Shown here piece after piece: positions 18,320-27,329 of a DNA stretch of 64,000 nt. The translations under genes were made by a program, and so were the position numbers. Source of the DNA: Sumerlaeia bacterium (lineage in GTDB: Bacteria > Sumerlaeota > Sumerlaeia > SLMS01 > JAHLLQ01). The notes beneath the pieces were generated by a model that was not told the origin of the DNA, ran no database searches, and saw only the letters and a list, made by a program, of their open reading frames with translations. The DNA lies in the NCBI GenBank assembly GCA_040219255.1, contig JAVJSW010000056.1:1-64000 (forward strand), written 5' to 3'. Position 1 is the first letter of the stretch, and every line of letters begins with the position of its first letter.

Positions 18320-20029
18320 ATGGATGGGACCACGAGTCCCTCCGAGCCAGAGAACGGCTCGCCCAGCGCGGCGGGCTGGGTTCTGACGCGCCGCCAGACC
18401 TATGGCGTACTTATCGCCCTGATGGCGTTCGGGTTTTTTCTCCGCGCCTGGGATATCAGTCTGACCCCCTACAACATTGACGAAGGCATCCTGTCGATCC
18501 TCGCCACCCAGGCGGCTTTTCTGCGCGCCGAGGAGGGCCCCGCGCTGCTGGGCCTGCCGCTCGTCGGCGTGCGCACCAGTTTCGGGTTCCACAACCCGCC
18601 CCTCTTGGTGTGGCTCTGCGCCATTCCCTTTCGCATCAGCGGCGACCCCCGCTTCGCCATGGTGCTCTTCGCCATGGCGGGCGCGGGAGCCATCGGCCTC
18701 GCCGGCGGAGCGGCCCGCCGCCTCTGGGGCAATTGGGCCGGCGTCGCGGCGGGGGCCTTGCTCGCCTTCTGCCCCAACGCGATCGAACACAGCCGCCGCC
18801 TCTGGGGCCACGACACCATTCTTTTCTGGAGCGCGCTCAGCCTCTACACCGCCGTCCGCAGCATCCAGACCGGCCGTAAGCGATGGATGTGGACCAGCCT
18901 CGGCTGCGCCGCCTGCGCCCAGGCCTGCCATCTGTCCGGAGTCTTCCTGTGGATCGTGCCGCTCGGCGCTATGTGGCTGTTCCGCGTGCCCCATTGGAGG
19001 AAAACCCTCGCCGTGGCCGCCGCGGTGCTCCTGGCGATCTATCTGCCCTGGCTTGCCCATCAGGCCACCCCCGGCGCCGGCTCCGGCCGCGCGCCCTTCG
19101 ACGAAGTCGCCCTGATCGCCAAGGTCGCCCTCGGCCAGACCGCCATCGAGTCACGCCCCACGCAGATACCGCCCGCCCTCACCCTGGCGACGATCCTGGT
19201 GGACGGCTTTCACAGCGACCTCTTCGGCCGCGAATACGGCGCCTTTCTCTTCAACAAGGGCTGGTTCGCCCTGCTCTACGCCGCCGCCCAGGGAGTTCTC
19301 GCGGCGCTTTTGGCGGCCGGGCTGGCTTCGCTCCTGTTCCTGGCGCGGCGCGGGTGGAAATCCCCCGGCGAGGCGCAATGGCGCGCCAGCCGCTGGTCCG
19401 TGCTCCTGCTGGCGGCGGTCCTGACGCCCGTCGCCGCCTTCACCATCCTGCCGGTCGAATCCGTCCCGCCCTATCAGCTACCCGCCCTCGTGCCCGCCGC
19501 CCTCGCCGTGGCCCGCGTCATGGCCCGCGGGCGGCGCGACGCCCCCGTGCCCTACAGCCTCCCGCGGCTCGCCGTGCTCCTGACCGCGCTCACCTGCTTC
19601 GCGATGTTCGGAACCCTCTACACCAAGCGCTCGCTCGCCTACATCGAAGACGCCCGCTTTCAATCCGAAGTCTCCAGCGTTCTGCACTTCAAGATGGACG
19701 CCCTCGTCTACATCGTCGGCGAAGCCGCCAACCGGCCCTACAGCATCGCGCAGGACGGCCGCACGGAAGCCGTCGGCGTCGATTACTGGGTCGTGTACCT
19801 GCACTATTACATCAGCGGCGACCGCCGCCTGCCGGTCGATCGCAACGCCCCGGTGCTCTACGTGCTGCTCGACAGCAAGAGCACCCTGCGCCCCGAGGTC
19901 TCGGAATTCCTGCGCCACAAGGAGCAGGTCAATTTCGGCACCATCGGCGTGTTCCGCTTCGAGGGACTCGAAGCCCAGGCCTGGCGGGCGCTCGTGAACC
20001 AATTCCCCTCGGCCCGGCCGGGCCCATAG
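18320..20029 (+). CDS. ArnT/GT39-like polytopic membrane glycosyltransferase
   Basis: Multiple TM helices; DE motif after TM1 (NIDEG), HNPPL, SRRLW. Confidence 0.7.
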   Translation: MDGTTSPSEPENGSPSAAGWVLTRRQTYGVLIALMAFGFFLRAWDISLTPYNIDEGILSILATQAAFLRAEEGPALLGLPLVGVRTSFGFHNPPLLVWLCAIPFRISGDPRFAMVLFAMAGAGAIGLAGGAARRLWGNWAGVAAGALLAFCPNAIEHSRRLWGHDTILFWSALSLYTAVRSIQTGRKRWMWTSLGCAACAQACHLSGVFLWIVPLGAMWLFRVPHWRKTLAVAAAVLLAIYLPWLAHQATPGAGSGRAPFDEVALIAKVALGQTAIESRPTQIPPALTLATILVDGFHSDLFGREYGAFLFNKGWFALLYAAAQGVLAALLAAGLASLLFLARRGWKSPGEAQWRASRWSVLLLAAVLTPVAAFTILPVESVPPYQLPALVPAALAVARVMARGRRDAPVPYSLPRLAVLLTALTCFAMFGTLYTKRSLAYIEDARFQSEVSSVLHFKMDALVYIVGEAANRPYSIAQDGRTEAVGVDYWVVYLHYYISGDRRLPVDRNAPVLYVLLDSKSTLRPEVSEFLRHKEQVNFGTIGVFRFEGLEAQAWRALVNQFPSARPGP

Positions 20030-20060
20030 ACGGCCTCGCCTTGGCGCCTGGGGGCCCCTC

Positions 20061-20459
20061 TCAGGCCGGTTTCGCGTTCAGCTTATTGGCCACCAGCTTC
20101 AGCGCCATATGGTTGATTTCTTCCGGTTTGCGGATCATGAAGCCCAATTCCGCATGGCCCGGTTCGGTGGGCTTGCCGGGAATGTAGCGCGCCCAGAAAA
20201 TGTCGCCCTTCAGAATCAACGGCTGCACCAGAAAGGAAGCCCGCAGCGTGATCTTCGACACGTGCTTGAATTCCAGCAGCGTCTCGCACTCTTCCTTGCC
20301 CACTTCGCTGCTCGTCAACCGCACCCGCTCCGCGGAAATGCTGACCAGTTCGGCCTCCACATGGCGGGGCGTGAAAGTCTCGTAGGGGTTGATGATCGTC
20401 AGAACAATCTCGGCGGAGATGTCGGCGCTGGGGGGCATAGTCAGTGAACTCAAAGGCAT
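20061..20459 (-). CDS. Small cytoplasmic protein, degenerate PilZ-like beta-barrel
   Basis: AELVSISAERVRL, LKGDIFWAR and ELGFMI follow the PilZ strand pattern; canonical RxxxR/DxSxxG absent. Confidence 0.45.
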   Translation of the reverse strand: MPLSSLTMPPSADISAEIVLTIINPYETFTPRHVEAELVSISAERVRLTSSEVGKEECETLLEFKHVSKITLRASFLVQPLILKGDIFWARYIPGKPTEPGHAELGFMIRKPEEINHMALKLVANKLNAKPA

Positions 20460-20600
20460 AGGTTTTCGCGCGGGGGGAGAGGGAAAAATTATCGAAGCAG
20501 GCCCCCGCAAGCGCTCTCGCGGGAACAATCCATCCTGTTAGGCCACGGGCCGCGCTCCACGCAATGGTTTTCCCCCCGCCCCCACCGCGCTCCGCCATCC

Positions 20601-20906
20601 TTCACCACAGAGGACACAGAGGACAGAGGTTCCATAGAGATCATTATGAAAGGTGTGGTTGGGAAAGTGGGTTGTACGCACCAAGTCAAATGAAATCAGA
20701 AGGATGCGAATGAATCCCAAATCAGAACACTTGTCAGACGCAAACAAAGTCGCGGCAGTTCTGGCAGTTTCCTGCATCGATCATATCTCTTCAAAAGTAT
20801 CGCCCGCCGTTTTCCAGTCATCCAGCCAGGAACCGAGGCCCGCCGGTTGGTTCGGCTAATTTCAAAAGCGCCAAGCATCTCTGCGTTCTCTGCGTCTCAG
20901 CGGTGA
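20601..20906. repeat. 306-bp element: inverted CRCAGAG-repeat arms (20601-20639, 20879-20906) around an AT-rich interior
   Basis: TTCACCACAGAGGACACAGAGGACAGAG... and CTCTGCGTTCTCTGCGTCTCAGCGGTGA; a sample interior line is about 42% GC. Confidence 0.75.
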
Positions 20907-20982
20907 TTTCTTGAAGGATTAGGGACCGGACCGCGCTTCCGCACTTGACATGGTAACCGCCCGCGCCGTCTGCCATACTGCC

Positions 20983-21321
20983 ATGAACCGTTCCTCCTCC
21001 TCCCGCTCTCGCCAATCCCAAGCCAATCCCCCCGCCACCCGCCGCGAATGGGGACCCATCGCCTTCGCCTTCCTCGTCGTCGCCGGCCTCGCCGCCGGCT
21101 TCGCCCTGCTCTTTCCCGATGCCGTGAAGCGCCGCGCCCACGCCATGCAGGAGTTCCAGCGCGCCCAGATGGAACTCGACACCCTCGCCGCCCGCCGCGC
21201 CGAACTCGAAGCCCGTGTCGAAGCCCTTCAGGAAAGCGTCGACGCCGTCGAATTGCAGGCCCGCGTCGAGTACCGCCTCATCCACCGCGGCGAGAGAATC
21301 GAACTCATCCAGCCCTACTGA
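20983..21321 (+). CDS. Septum formation initiator (FtsB/DivIC family)
   Basis: Single TM, coiled coil, VELQARVEYRLIHRGE motif. Confidence 0.75.
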   Translation: MNRSSSSRSRQSQANPPATRREWGPIAFAFLVVAGLAAGFALLFPDAVKRRAHAMQEFQRAQMELDTLAARRAELEARVEALQESVDAVELQARVEYRLIHRGERIELIQPY

Positions 21322-21413
21322 CCCGACTCTTGCGTTCCATCTCCGCAAGGCCCCCACCGCCGCCCAACCCGCGGCGCCGGGCCGCGATCCCATCGCAACC
21401 CCGGAGAAACCCT

Positions 21414-22013
21414 ATGGATACCCTGAACATCACCTATCGAGGCCTCGAAAAGAACGACACGCTGGACAGCCTGATCCGAGAAAAAGCCGCCAAGCTGGAG
21501 CAGGTCCATAATGGTCTCACCACCGTCATCGTGGCCTTGGAAAAACCCAACGACATCGCTCGTTCGGGCAACGGATACCGCATGCGTGTGGACATGCGCC
21601 TGGCGGGCCGCGACCCGATCGTCGTCAAGGAAACCGCCAGCGAAGGCGAAAAGGACGAGGCAGCCGAGACTGTCGTCCGCAAAATCTTCGACCGCGCCTG
21701 GCGCGTGCTGCGCGACGTCAAGGAGCAGCAGGACGGCAAACGCAAAGCCCACCCCCACCAGCAGGTCCAGGGCTTCGTCAGCAAAATCTTCCCCGACGAC
21801 GATTACGGCTTCATCATGACGCCCAACGAGGACGAAATCTACTTTCACCGTCACGCCGTGGCCAACGACCGCTTCGACGACCTCGACGTCGGCACCGGCG
21901 TTTCCTTCACCCTGGGCGGCGAACCCGAGGAGGAGCAAGGCGCCCACGCCTCCACCGTCCACGCCATCCAAACCCCCGGCGGCAGCCAGGGCAACGTGGC
22001 GCGGGATTTGTAG
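21414..22013 (+). CDS. HPF/RaiA ribosome-associated domain fused to a cold-shock domain
   Basis: ITYRGLE..IREKAAKLE N-terminal domain; GFVSKIFPDDDYGFI..EIYFHRHAV cold-shock domain. Confidence 0.85.
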   Translation: MDTLNITYRGLEKNDTLDSLIREKAAKLEQVHNGLTTVIVALEKPNDIARSGNGYRMRVDMRLAGRDPIVVKETASEGEKDEAAETVVRKIFDRAWRVLRDVKEQQDGKRKAHPHQQVQGFVSKIFPDDDYGFIMTPNEDEIYFHRHAVANDRFDDLDVGTGVSFTLGGEPEEEQGAHASTVHAIQTPGGSQGNVARDL

Positions 22014-22020
22014 TCTCTCC

Positions 22021-22686
22021 TCACGCCGATCGCAACGCCGCCAACGCTTCCTCCATGACACCCGCGTCGCGCGGGTGGGCGCTCGTCGCCAGCAACTCGG
22101 CGGGCCGGTACTCGGCGCCATAGACGGCCACGGTGGCCTCCGGATTGGCGCCTGCCTCCCGCAAGATCCGGATCAGCGCCGGCAGATTGTGCGGCACGAT
22201 TTGGCGGATCAACTCGCAGCCGTTCGACCCGGCGTAATGCAGCAGCGTGAACCGGTGGCCAAACGGGGAACGGGCCGTCGCCAGCTCCGGCACCTGCTCC
22301 AGCAGCTCCGCCAGCCGCCTCTCGTTTCCCGCCAGCAGAGTCTCCACCGCGTCCTCGAAAACTGCGTTGGGCATCACCGCGGCGTCTTCCTCCGCATCGG
22401 CCCCATCGCGATACCCCCAATTGCGCGCCACCACGTCCTCGATCTGGCCGCGGCTCAGCTCCGCCTCGAGAATGTGCCCCGCCCCGCTTTGCGCGAACAC
22501 CGGGGCGTGATTGCGGATCTCGATGGCCGACAACGGATTGCCCGCCCGATACGCCGCCCACAGACTCTCCGCGTGCCGCTTCAGCAAACCCCCGACTGGT
22601 TCCTCCCACCAATTCGCCAGGAACATCGGCCGATGCAAATCGTGCACGGCCCGCACATCCACGGGAATGTAGAGGCTGGGCGGCAT
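22021..22686 (-). CDS. Ankyrin-repeat-like hypothetical protein
   Basis: LAELLEQVPELATAR, TLLHYAGSNGCE, ILREAGANPEA. Confidence 0.6.
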   Translation of the reverse strand: MPPSLYIPVDVRAVHDLHRPMFLANWWEEPVGGLLKRHAESLWAAYRAGNPLSAIEIRNHAPVFAQSGAGHILEAELSRGQIEDVVARNWGYRDGADAEEDAAVMPNAVFEDAVETLLAGNERRLAELLEQVPELATARSPFGHRFTLLHYAGSNGCELIRQIVPHNLPALIRILREAGANPEATVAVYGAEYRPAELLATSAHPRDAGVMEEALAALRSA

Positions 22687-22781
22687 AGGACGGCCTCACG
22701 ATCAAAGTCGGAATAGCTTATCGTTCGCGGGAACGCCCCTCTTTGCAAGCTCATTTCCGGGGCAGAGCGTGCGCCCGCCGA

Positions 22782-22865
22782 TGTCTCACACGTGTATCTT
22801 GTCTTTTTTGTCTTTCTTGCTCCCGAAGCGCCACATGAGGGGACAAACGGCCACGCCTGTGAGAG
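22782..22865 (-). repeat. Dispersed ~80-bp intergenic repeat, copy 1
   Basis: Reverse complement contains CCGTTTGTCCCCTCATGTGGCGCTTCGGGAGCAAGAAAGACAAAA, one mismatch to the copy at 39.5 kb. Confidence 0.85.
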
Positions 22866-22979
22866 CGTCTTTCCCAGAACAGCGGAAACATCCACCCCCC
22901 CCCGCACGGAGGACCCCACCCCATGACCGCCCCCCAACCCGCCAAGGAGCTGGCGAATTCTCCACCGGCTCCTCCACCT

Positions 22980-23017
22980 CTCTGTGAAGCCTCTGACCTC
23001 TGTGAATGTCAGTGGTT
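22980..23017. repeat. Solitary CRCAGAG-type arm (reverse complement AACCACTGACATTCACAGAGGTCAGAGGCTTCACAGAG)
   Basis: Same four-unit pattern as 20601-20639. Confidence 0.6.
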
Positions 23018-23109
23018 CGTACACCCCGTTCAGTCTTGCACCGCCCGCCTTTCCCTGTCATCCTGCCCAGTCTCCACAACCCCCTTCGAAAAGGACGTTG
23101 CCCCAAGCC

Positions 23110-24723
23110 ATGCCCTCCCTCAGACCGGCCGCTCTATTCTTGGGAGCCGCCACTCTTGCCATGACTTATCCCATCTATGCCCAGGGCGACCGCTATTACG
23201 CCTCGATCCACGATCTGCAGCGCGAGCCCATTTTCGAAGCTCGCGAAGCCGACTGGCGCAACGGCGCCCTGATCTACCAGGTCATCGTCGATCGCTTCGG
23301 CCCGCCGACAGAGGAAGAACTCGCCGCCAAACGCGATCTCTATCCCGCGCCCAAGCGCCTCCTGTCTTGGGATCAGCCCCCCACACGCGGCACCTACAAC
23401 CGCGACGTGGAGGTCTGGAGCCACGAAATCGACTTCTGGGGCGGCGACCTCAACACCCTCAGCCGCCATCTCGACTACGTCCACGAACTCGGCGTCGATG
23501 TCCTCTACCTCAACCCGATCCATCAAGCCTACACCAACCACAAATACGACGCCCAGGATTACAAGGAAGTGAGCGCCGAATACGGCACCCGCCAGGACGT
23601 CTTCGACTTGGCCGCGGACGTCCACGAGCGCGACATGAAGCTCGTCCTCGATGGCGTCTTCAACCACATGGGCCGCACGTCGCCCTATTTCCAGGAAGCG
23701 ATGACCGATCCCCAATCCCCCTATCGCGATTGGTTTTACGTCGGCGATGATTACCGCATGGGCTATCGCGGATGGGTCAACGTGGCGAACCTGCCGGAGC
23801 TGAACCTCGAAAACCCCCTCGTGCAGGACTACGTCTTCGCCACCAGCGACAGCGTCGTGCAGGGATACCTGCGCGGCGGGGTGGATGGCTGGCGCCTCGA
23901 TGTGGCCTTCGACATCGGCCCGGCGATTCTCGACGATCTGACCCGCGCCGCCCACACCGCCAGGCCCGGCTCCGTGGTGATCGGCGAAATCTGGAACTAT
24001 CCCGAGGAATGGATCCCCGCCGTCGACGGCGTGATGAACATGCACCTGCGCCAGATCCTCCTGGAACTCGTGCAGGGCCACGTCTCCGGCCCCCGCGCCG
24101 GCCGCATGGTCCAGACCATGATCGACGACACCGGCCTCGAGGGCATTCTGAAGAGCTGGCTCATTCTCGACAACCACGACACCCAGCGCCTCAAAACCGC
24201 CCTGCCGGAAACCTGGCAGCAGCGCATGGCGCAAACGCTCCAGATGACCCTGCCGGGCGCCCCCTGCATCTACTACGGCGTCGAAGTCGGCATGACCGGC
24301 GGCGACGACCCGGAGCAGCGCGGCCCCATGCGCTGGGACCTGGTCAGCGATGACAACGAAGACTACGTCTTCGCCCGCCAGCTCCTCGATCTGCGGGCGC
24401 GCACAAACCCCCGTAGCCGCTCGCTCCGCGTCGGCGACTTCCGCCTTCTCGACAGCGACAAACTCCTCGCCTTCATGCGCCGCACCGACCGCGTCGCGGA
24501 AACCTGCATCGTCATCGCCAACCCCACCAACAAACGCGTCACCGAATTCCTGCAAATCCGTGAGAGCAAACTCCTCGGCTCCCTCGTGGACGTCTTCACC
24601 GGCAAGGAAATCGGCCAAATGGCCAACACCGTCCGCGTCACCATCCCGGCGCAGACCACCTACGTGCTCTTCCCGAAAATCGACGAGGGCATCGAGTATT
24701 CGCCGTATATGCGGGTGCGGTAG
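23110..24723 (+). CDS. Secreted GH13 alpha-amylase/cyclomaltodextrinase-like enzyme
   Basis: Signal peptide; YQVIVDRF, GGDL, LDGVFNH, GWRLDVA (Asp), GEIW (Glu), DNHD (Asp). Confidence 0.9.
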   Translation: MPSLRPAALFLGAATLAMTYPIYAQGDRYYASIHDLQREPIFEAREADWRNGALIYQVIVDRFGPPTEEELAAKRDLYPAPKRLLSWDQPPTRGTYNRDVEVWSHEIDFWGGDLNTLSRHLDYVHELGVDVLYLNPIHQAYTNHKYDAQDYKEVSAEYGTRQDVFDLAADVHERDMKLVLDGVFNHMGRTSPYFQEAMTDPQSPYRDWFYVGDDYRMGYRGWVNVANLPELNLENPLVQDYVFATSDSVVQGYLRGGVDGWRLDVAFDIGPAILDDLTRAAHTARPGSVVIGEIWNYPEEWIPAVDGVMNMHLRQILLELVQGHVSGPRAGRMVQTMIDDTGLEGILKSWLILDNHDTQRLKTALPETWQQRMAQTLQMTLPGAPCIYYGVEVGMTGGDDPEQRGPMRWDLVSDDNEDYVFARQLLDLRARTNPRSRSLRVGDFRLLDSDKLLAFMRRTDRVAETCIVIANPTNKRVTEFLQIRESKLLGSLVDVFTGKEIGQMANTVRVTIPAQTTYVLFPKIDEGIEYSPYMRVR

Positions 24724-24736
24724 GGGGATAAGCGGA

Positions 24737-24833
24737 CACGGAGGCCGGGGAGGTTGGAGATTCACGGAGGGAGAGACTGAGCCCAACCCCCCAAATCATG
24801 CATTCGCTCCGCGCCCTCCGTGCCTCTGCGGTT
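24737..24833. repeat. 97-bp element with inverted CRCRGAG-repeat arms (24737-24769, 24807-24833)
   Basis: CACGGAGGCCGGGGAGGTTGGAGATTCACGGAG / CTCCGCGCCCTCCGTGCCTCTGCGGTT. Confidence 0.6.
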
Positions 24834-24873
24834 ATATTCTTCTGAAAGCCCGCAACACCTCTCTATTGCAAAA

Positions 24874-24889
24874 TGGCCCACTCGTCGCT
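24874..24889 (+). promoter_or_regulatory. Possible sigma54 element TGGCCCACTCGTCGCT
   Basis: Correct GG/GC spacing upstream of the bEBP gene; non-consensus -12. Confidence 0.25.
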
Positions 24890-24933
24890 TAGAAGTGTTT
24901 CCATCCTCGGCATAGCAGGAGAAGTGTTTCGCC

Positions 24934-26343
24934 ATGAGCCATTCCATTCTGATCGTTGACGACGAAAAGAACACACGCGAGGGCCTCAAGTGGGCCCTGG
25001 AGAGTCAGGCCGGCGCGATCTCCCTGGCCGAAGACGGCGAAAAAGCCCTCCTTCTCCTTGGGGAAAAGCAGCCCGACCTCGTCCTCACGGACCTGAAAAT
25101 GCCCAAGATGGGCGGCATGGAACTGCTCCAGCACATCCGCGAAGAATTCCCGACCACCGACGTCATCATCCTGACCGGCCACGGGACCGTGGAAACCGCC
25201 GTGGAGGCCATGAAGCTCGGCGCCAGCGATTACCTGCTCAAGCCGGTCAATCTGGACGAACTGAACCTGATCGTGAAGCGCGTTTTCGAATCGCGCGAAC
25301 TGCGTCAGGAGAACGAGCGGCTGCGCGCCGAAGTGAACGAGCGCTACGGGTTCGAGAACATCGTCGGCAATTCGCCGCCCATGGAGCGCATTTTTACCAT
25401 GATCCGCCAAGTCGCCCCCACCAAGGCCAGTGTGCTGATCGACGGCGAAACCGGCACCGGCAAGGAACTCGTGGCCCGCGCCATCCACTACAACAGCCCC
25501 CGCCGCAACCGCCCCTTCGTGGCGGTCAACTGCGGCGCGCTGAGCCAGACCCTGCTCGAGAGCGAACTGTTCGGCCACGAGAAAGGCAGCTTCACCGGCG
25601 CCGTGCGCCAGCGCGCCGGGCGCTTCGAAGCCGCCGACAAGGGCACCATCTTCCTCGACGAAATTGGCGAAACGACCCCGGAATTCCAGGTCAAGCTGCT
25701 GCGCGTCCTGCAAGAGCAGGAATTCGAACGCGTCGGCGGCAGCAAACCCGTCAAGACCGACGTGCGCATCATCGCCGCCACGAACCGCGACCTGAAGGAC
25801 GAGGTGGAAAAGGGCAACTTCCGCGAGGACCTCTACTATCGCCTCAACGTGATCCGCATCGCCCTGCCCGCGGTGCGCGAACGCAACGACGACATTCCGC
25901 TCCTGGCGACGCAATTTCTCAAGGAATTCAACAAGGAACACGGCCGCGACCTGACCATTTCGCCGAAAGCCATGATGCTCCTGCGGGCCTACTCCTGGCC
26001 CGGCAACGTCCGCCAACTCCGCACCATGATGGAGAGCATCTGCATCCTGACCCCAGGCAAGGAAATCCTGCCCAAGCACCTGCCCGAAGAGCTGCGCGGC
26101 GAGGACGCGCAAGGCAACGAGCTGAAACTGCAAGTCGGCATGACGGTGCGCGAGGCCGAGCGGGAACTGATCCGCGCGACCCTGGCGGAATTCAACGGCA
26201 ACAAAGCCAAAGCCGCCCGCGTCCTCGGCCTCGGCCGCAAGACCCTCTACCGCAAGCGGGAAGAATACGCCTTGGAAGGCGGCCGGGGCGACGATGAGGG
26301 GATCGGCGAAGAAGAAGAGGAGCTGGCGGAGGCGGGAGCGTAA
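24934..26343 (+). CDS. Sigma54-dependent response regulator (NtrC/ZraR/AtoC family), no adjacent kinase
   Basis: Receiver (VDDE, TDLKMP, KP); GETGTGKE; [15 protein letters not shown]; FLDEIG; WPGNVRQL; Fis HTH. Confidence 0.93.
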   Translation: MSHSILIVDDEKNTREGLKWALESQAGAISLAEDGEKALLLLGEKQPDLVLTDLKMPKMGGMELLQHIREEFPTTDVIILTGHGTVETAVEAMKLGASDYLLKPVNLDELNLIVKRVFESRELRQENERLRAEVNERYGFENIVGNSPPMERIFTMIRQVAPTKASVLIDGETGTGKELVARAIHYNSPRRNRPFVAVNCGALSQTLLESELFGHEKGSFTGAVRQRAGRFEAADKGTIFLDEIGETTPEFQVKLLRVLQEQEFERVGGSKPVKTDVRIIAATNRDLKDEVEKGNFREDLYYRLNVIRIALPAVRERNDDIPLLATQFLKEFNKEHGRDLTISPKAMMLLRAYSWPGNVRQLRTMMESICILTPGKEILPKHLPEELRGEDAQGNELKLQVGMTVREAERELIRATLAEFNGNKAKAARVLGLGRKTLYRKREEYALEGGRGDDEGIGEEEEELAEAGA

Positions 26344-26357
26344 GCACCGCGCCCCCG

Positions 26358-27011
26358 TCAGGCCTCGCTCCAGCCGTACCCCTGCATGTCTTCCTTGGGA
26401 TGATCGAGGGCGATGTCGCCCACGTCGATAAAGTGCCCCACAAAGACCTCGGTTCCCTCCTCGCCGTATTCGATGGTGACGGTGGTTTCGCCTTGGCTGG
26501 CGTCGACGTAGGGAAAGCGGCGGTTTTCCGAGACGAGGAAAGGCAGGCTGCCTTCGGCACCTTCGAAGTGGGCTTCGTCGCGTTCGTCCACAAAGACCGC
26601 CTGGCCGGCGATGGTTGCGCGCGAACCGGGGTTGAGGGACTGGAGCGGCGGCACGGCGCCGGGGTTTTCGATGGTGCGCTCCAGGCTGTACTCCTGCTCA
26701 TCCTCCACGATCCAGCCGAAACCGCCGTCGTCGTAACGCAGATACCATTCGTCCCAGAACCCGCGCGAGTAGCGGTAGCGCACGCGGCCGATGATATCAA
26801 AGGCTTTGCCTTTGATATGGCCGGTGGCGTGGACGTAGAGCGGCGTGGGGTATTCGACCAGGATGGCCATTTCGCCCATGGCCAGAATGGCCTCGTCCTT
26901 AAAGTAGAAGGCCGAGCCGCAGTAGTCGCAGACGGCCATCTGGGCGAAGCGGTCGATTTGGTCGGATTTGGCGCCGCAGGAGGGGCAGTTGGCTTTCTTG
27001 TAGGTTTGCAT
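26358..27011 (-). CDS. Zn-ribbon + DUF4178-like protein
   Basis: CPSCGA/CDYCGS; [20 protein letters not shown]; EGSLPF. Confidence 0.75.
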   Translation of the reverse strand: MQTYKKANCPSCGAKSDQIDRFAQMAVCDYCGSAFYFKDEAILAMGEMAILVEYPTPLYVHATGHIKGKAFDIIGRVRYRYSRGFWDEWYLRYDDGGFGWIVEDEQEYSLERTIENPGAVPPLQSLNPGSRATIAGQAVFVDERDEAHFEGAEGSLPFLVSENRRFPYVDASQGETTVTIEYGEEGTEVFVGHFIDVGDIALDHPKEDMQGYGWSEA

Positions 27012-27329
27012 GGGGCGGGCTCCGTGGCGTGGCGTTGGGAAGAGGTACGGATGTGTTAGGGGGAAATTCTTGGAAAGAGCGAAGCGATTTCTCGGAAGCG
27101 AGGGATTTGGGGCGAGGTTATCAGGAATTTGTAGCGAAAGAAAAGCACTTCTGACGAATATGACGGTTAATTTTTCGCTAAGGACGCGACAACTCTTCGT
27201 GTGGCGGGCTTTTTTGCTTGCCTAGAGCGAAGGTTCTTCCCAACCCTGAGGCCTTGGTTTGCATCTCGAGTCTGGATCCCCGTTCGAAGATGCAGACAAA
27301 CCCTGTCCCCTTTACTTTGGAGGTCACTC

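Noticed and set aside
21319-21334. Sigma54-like TGACCC-N5-TTGC before hpf, and TGGCCC-N5-TTTC before 58625
   Set aside because: Each lacks one invariant dinucleotide (GG or GC)
21414-22013. HPF-cold-shock fusion as a novelty
   Set aside because: Already a widespread known architecture
17397-24833. CRCAGAG repeats as a CRISPR or other guide-RNA array
   Set aside because: Arms are inverted, degenerate and kilobases apart, with no regular repeat-spacer period and no cas genes
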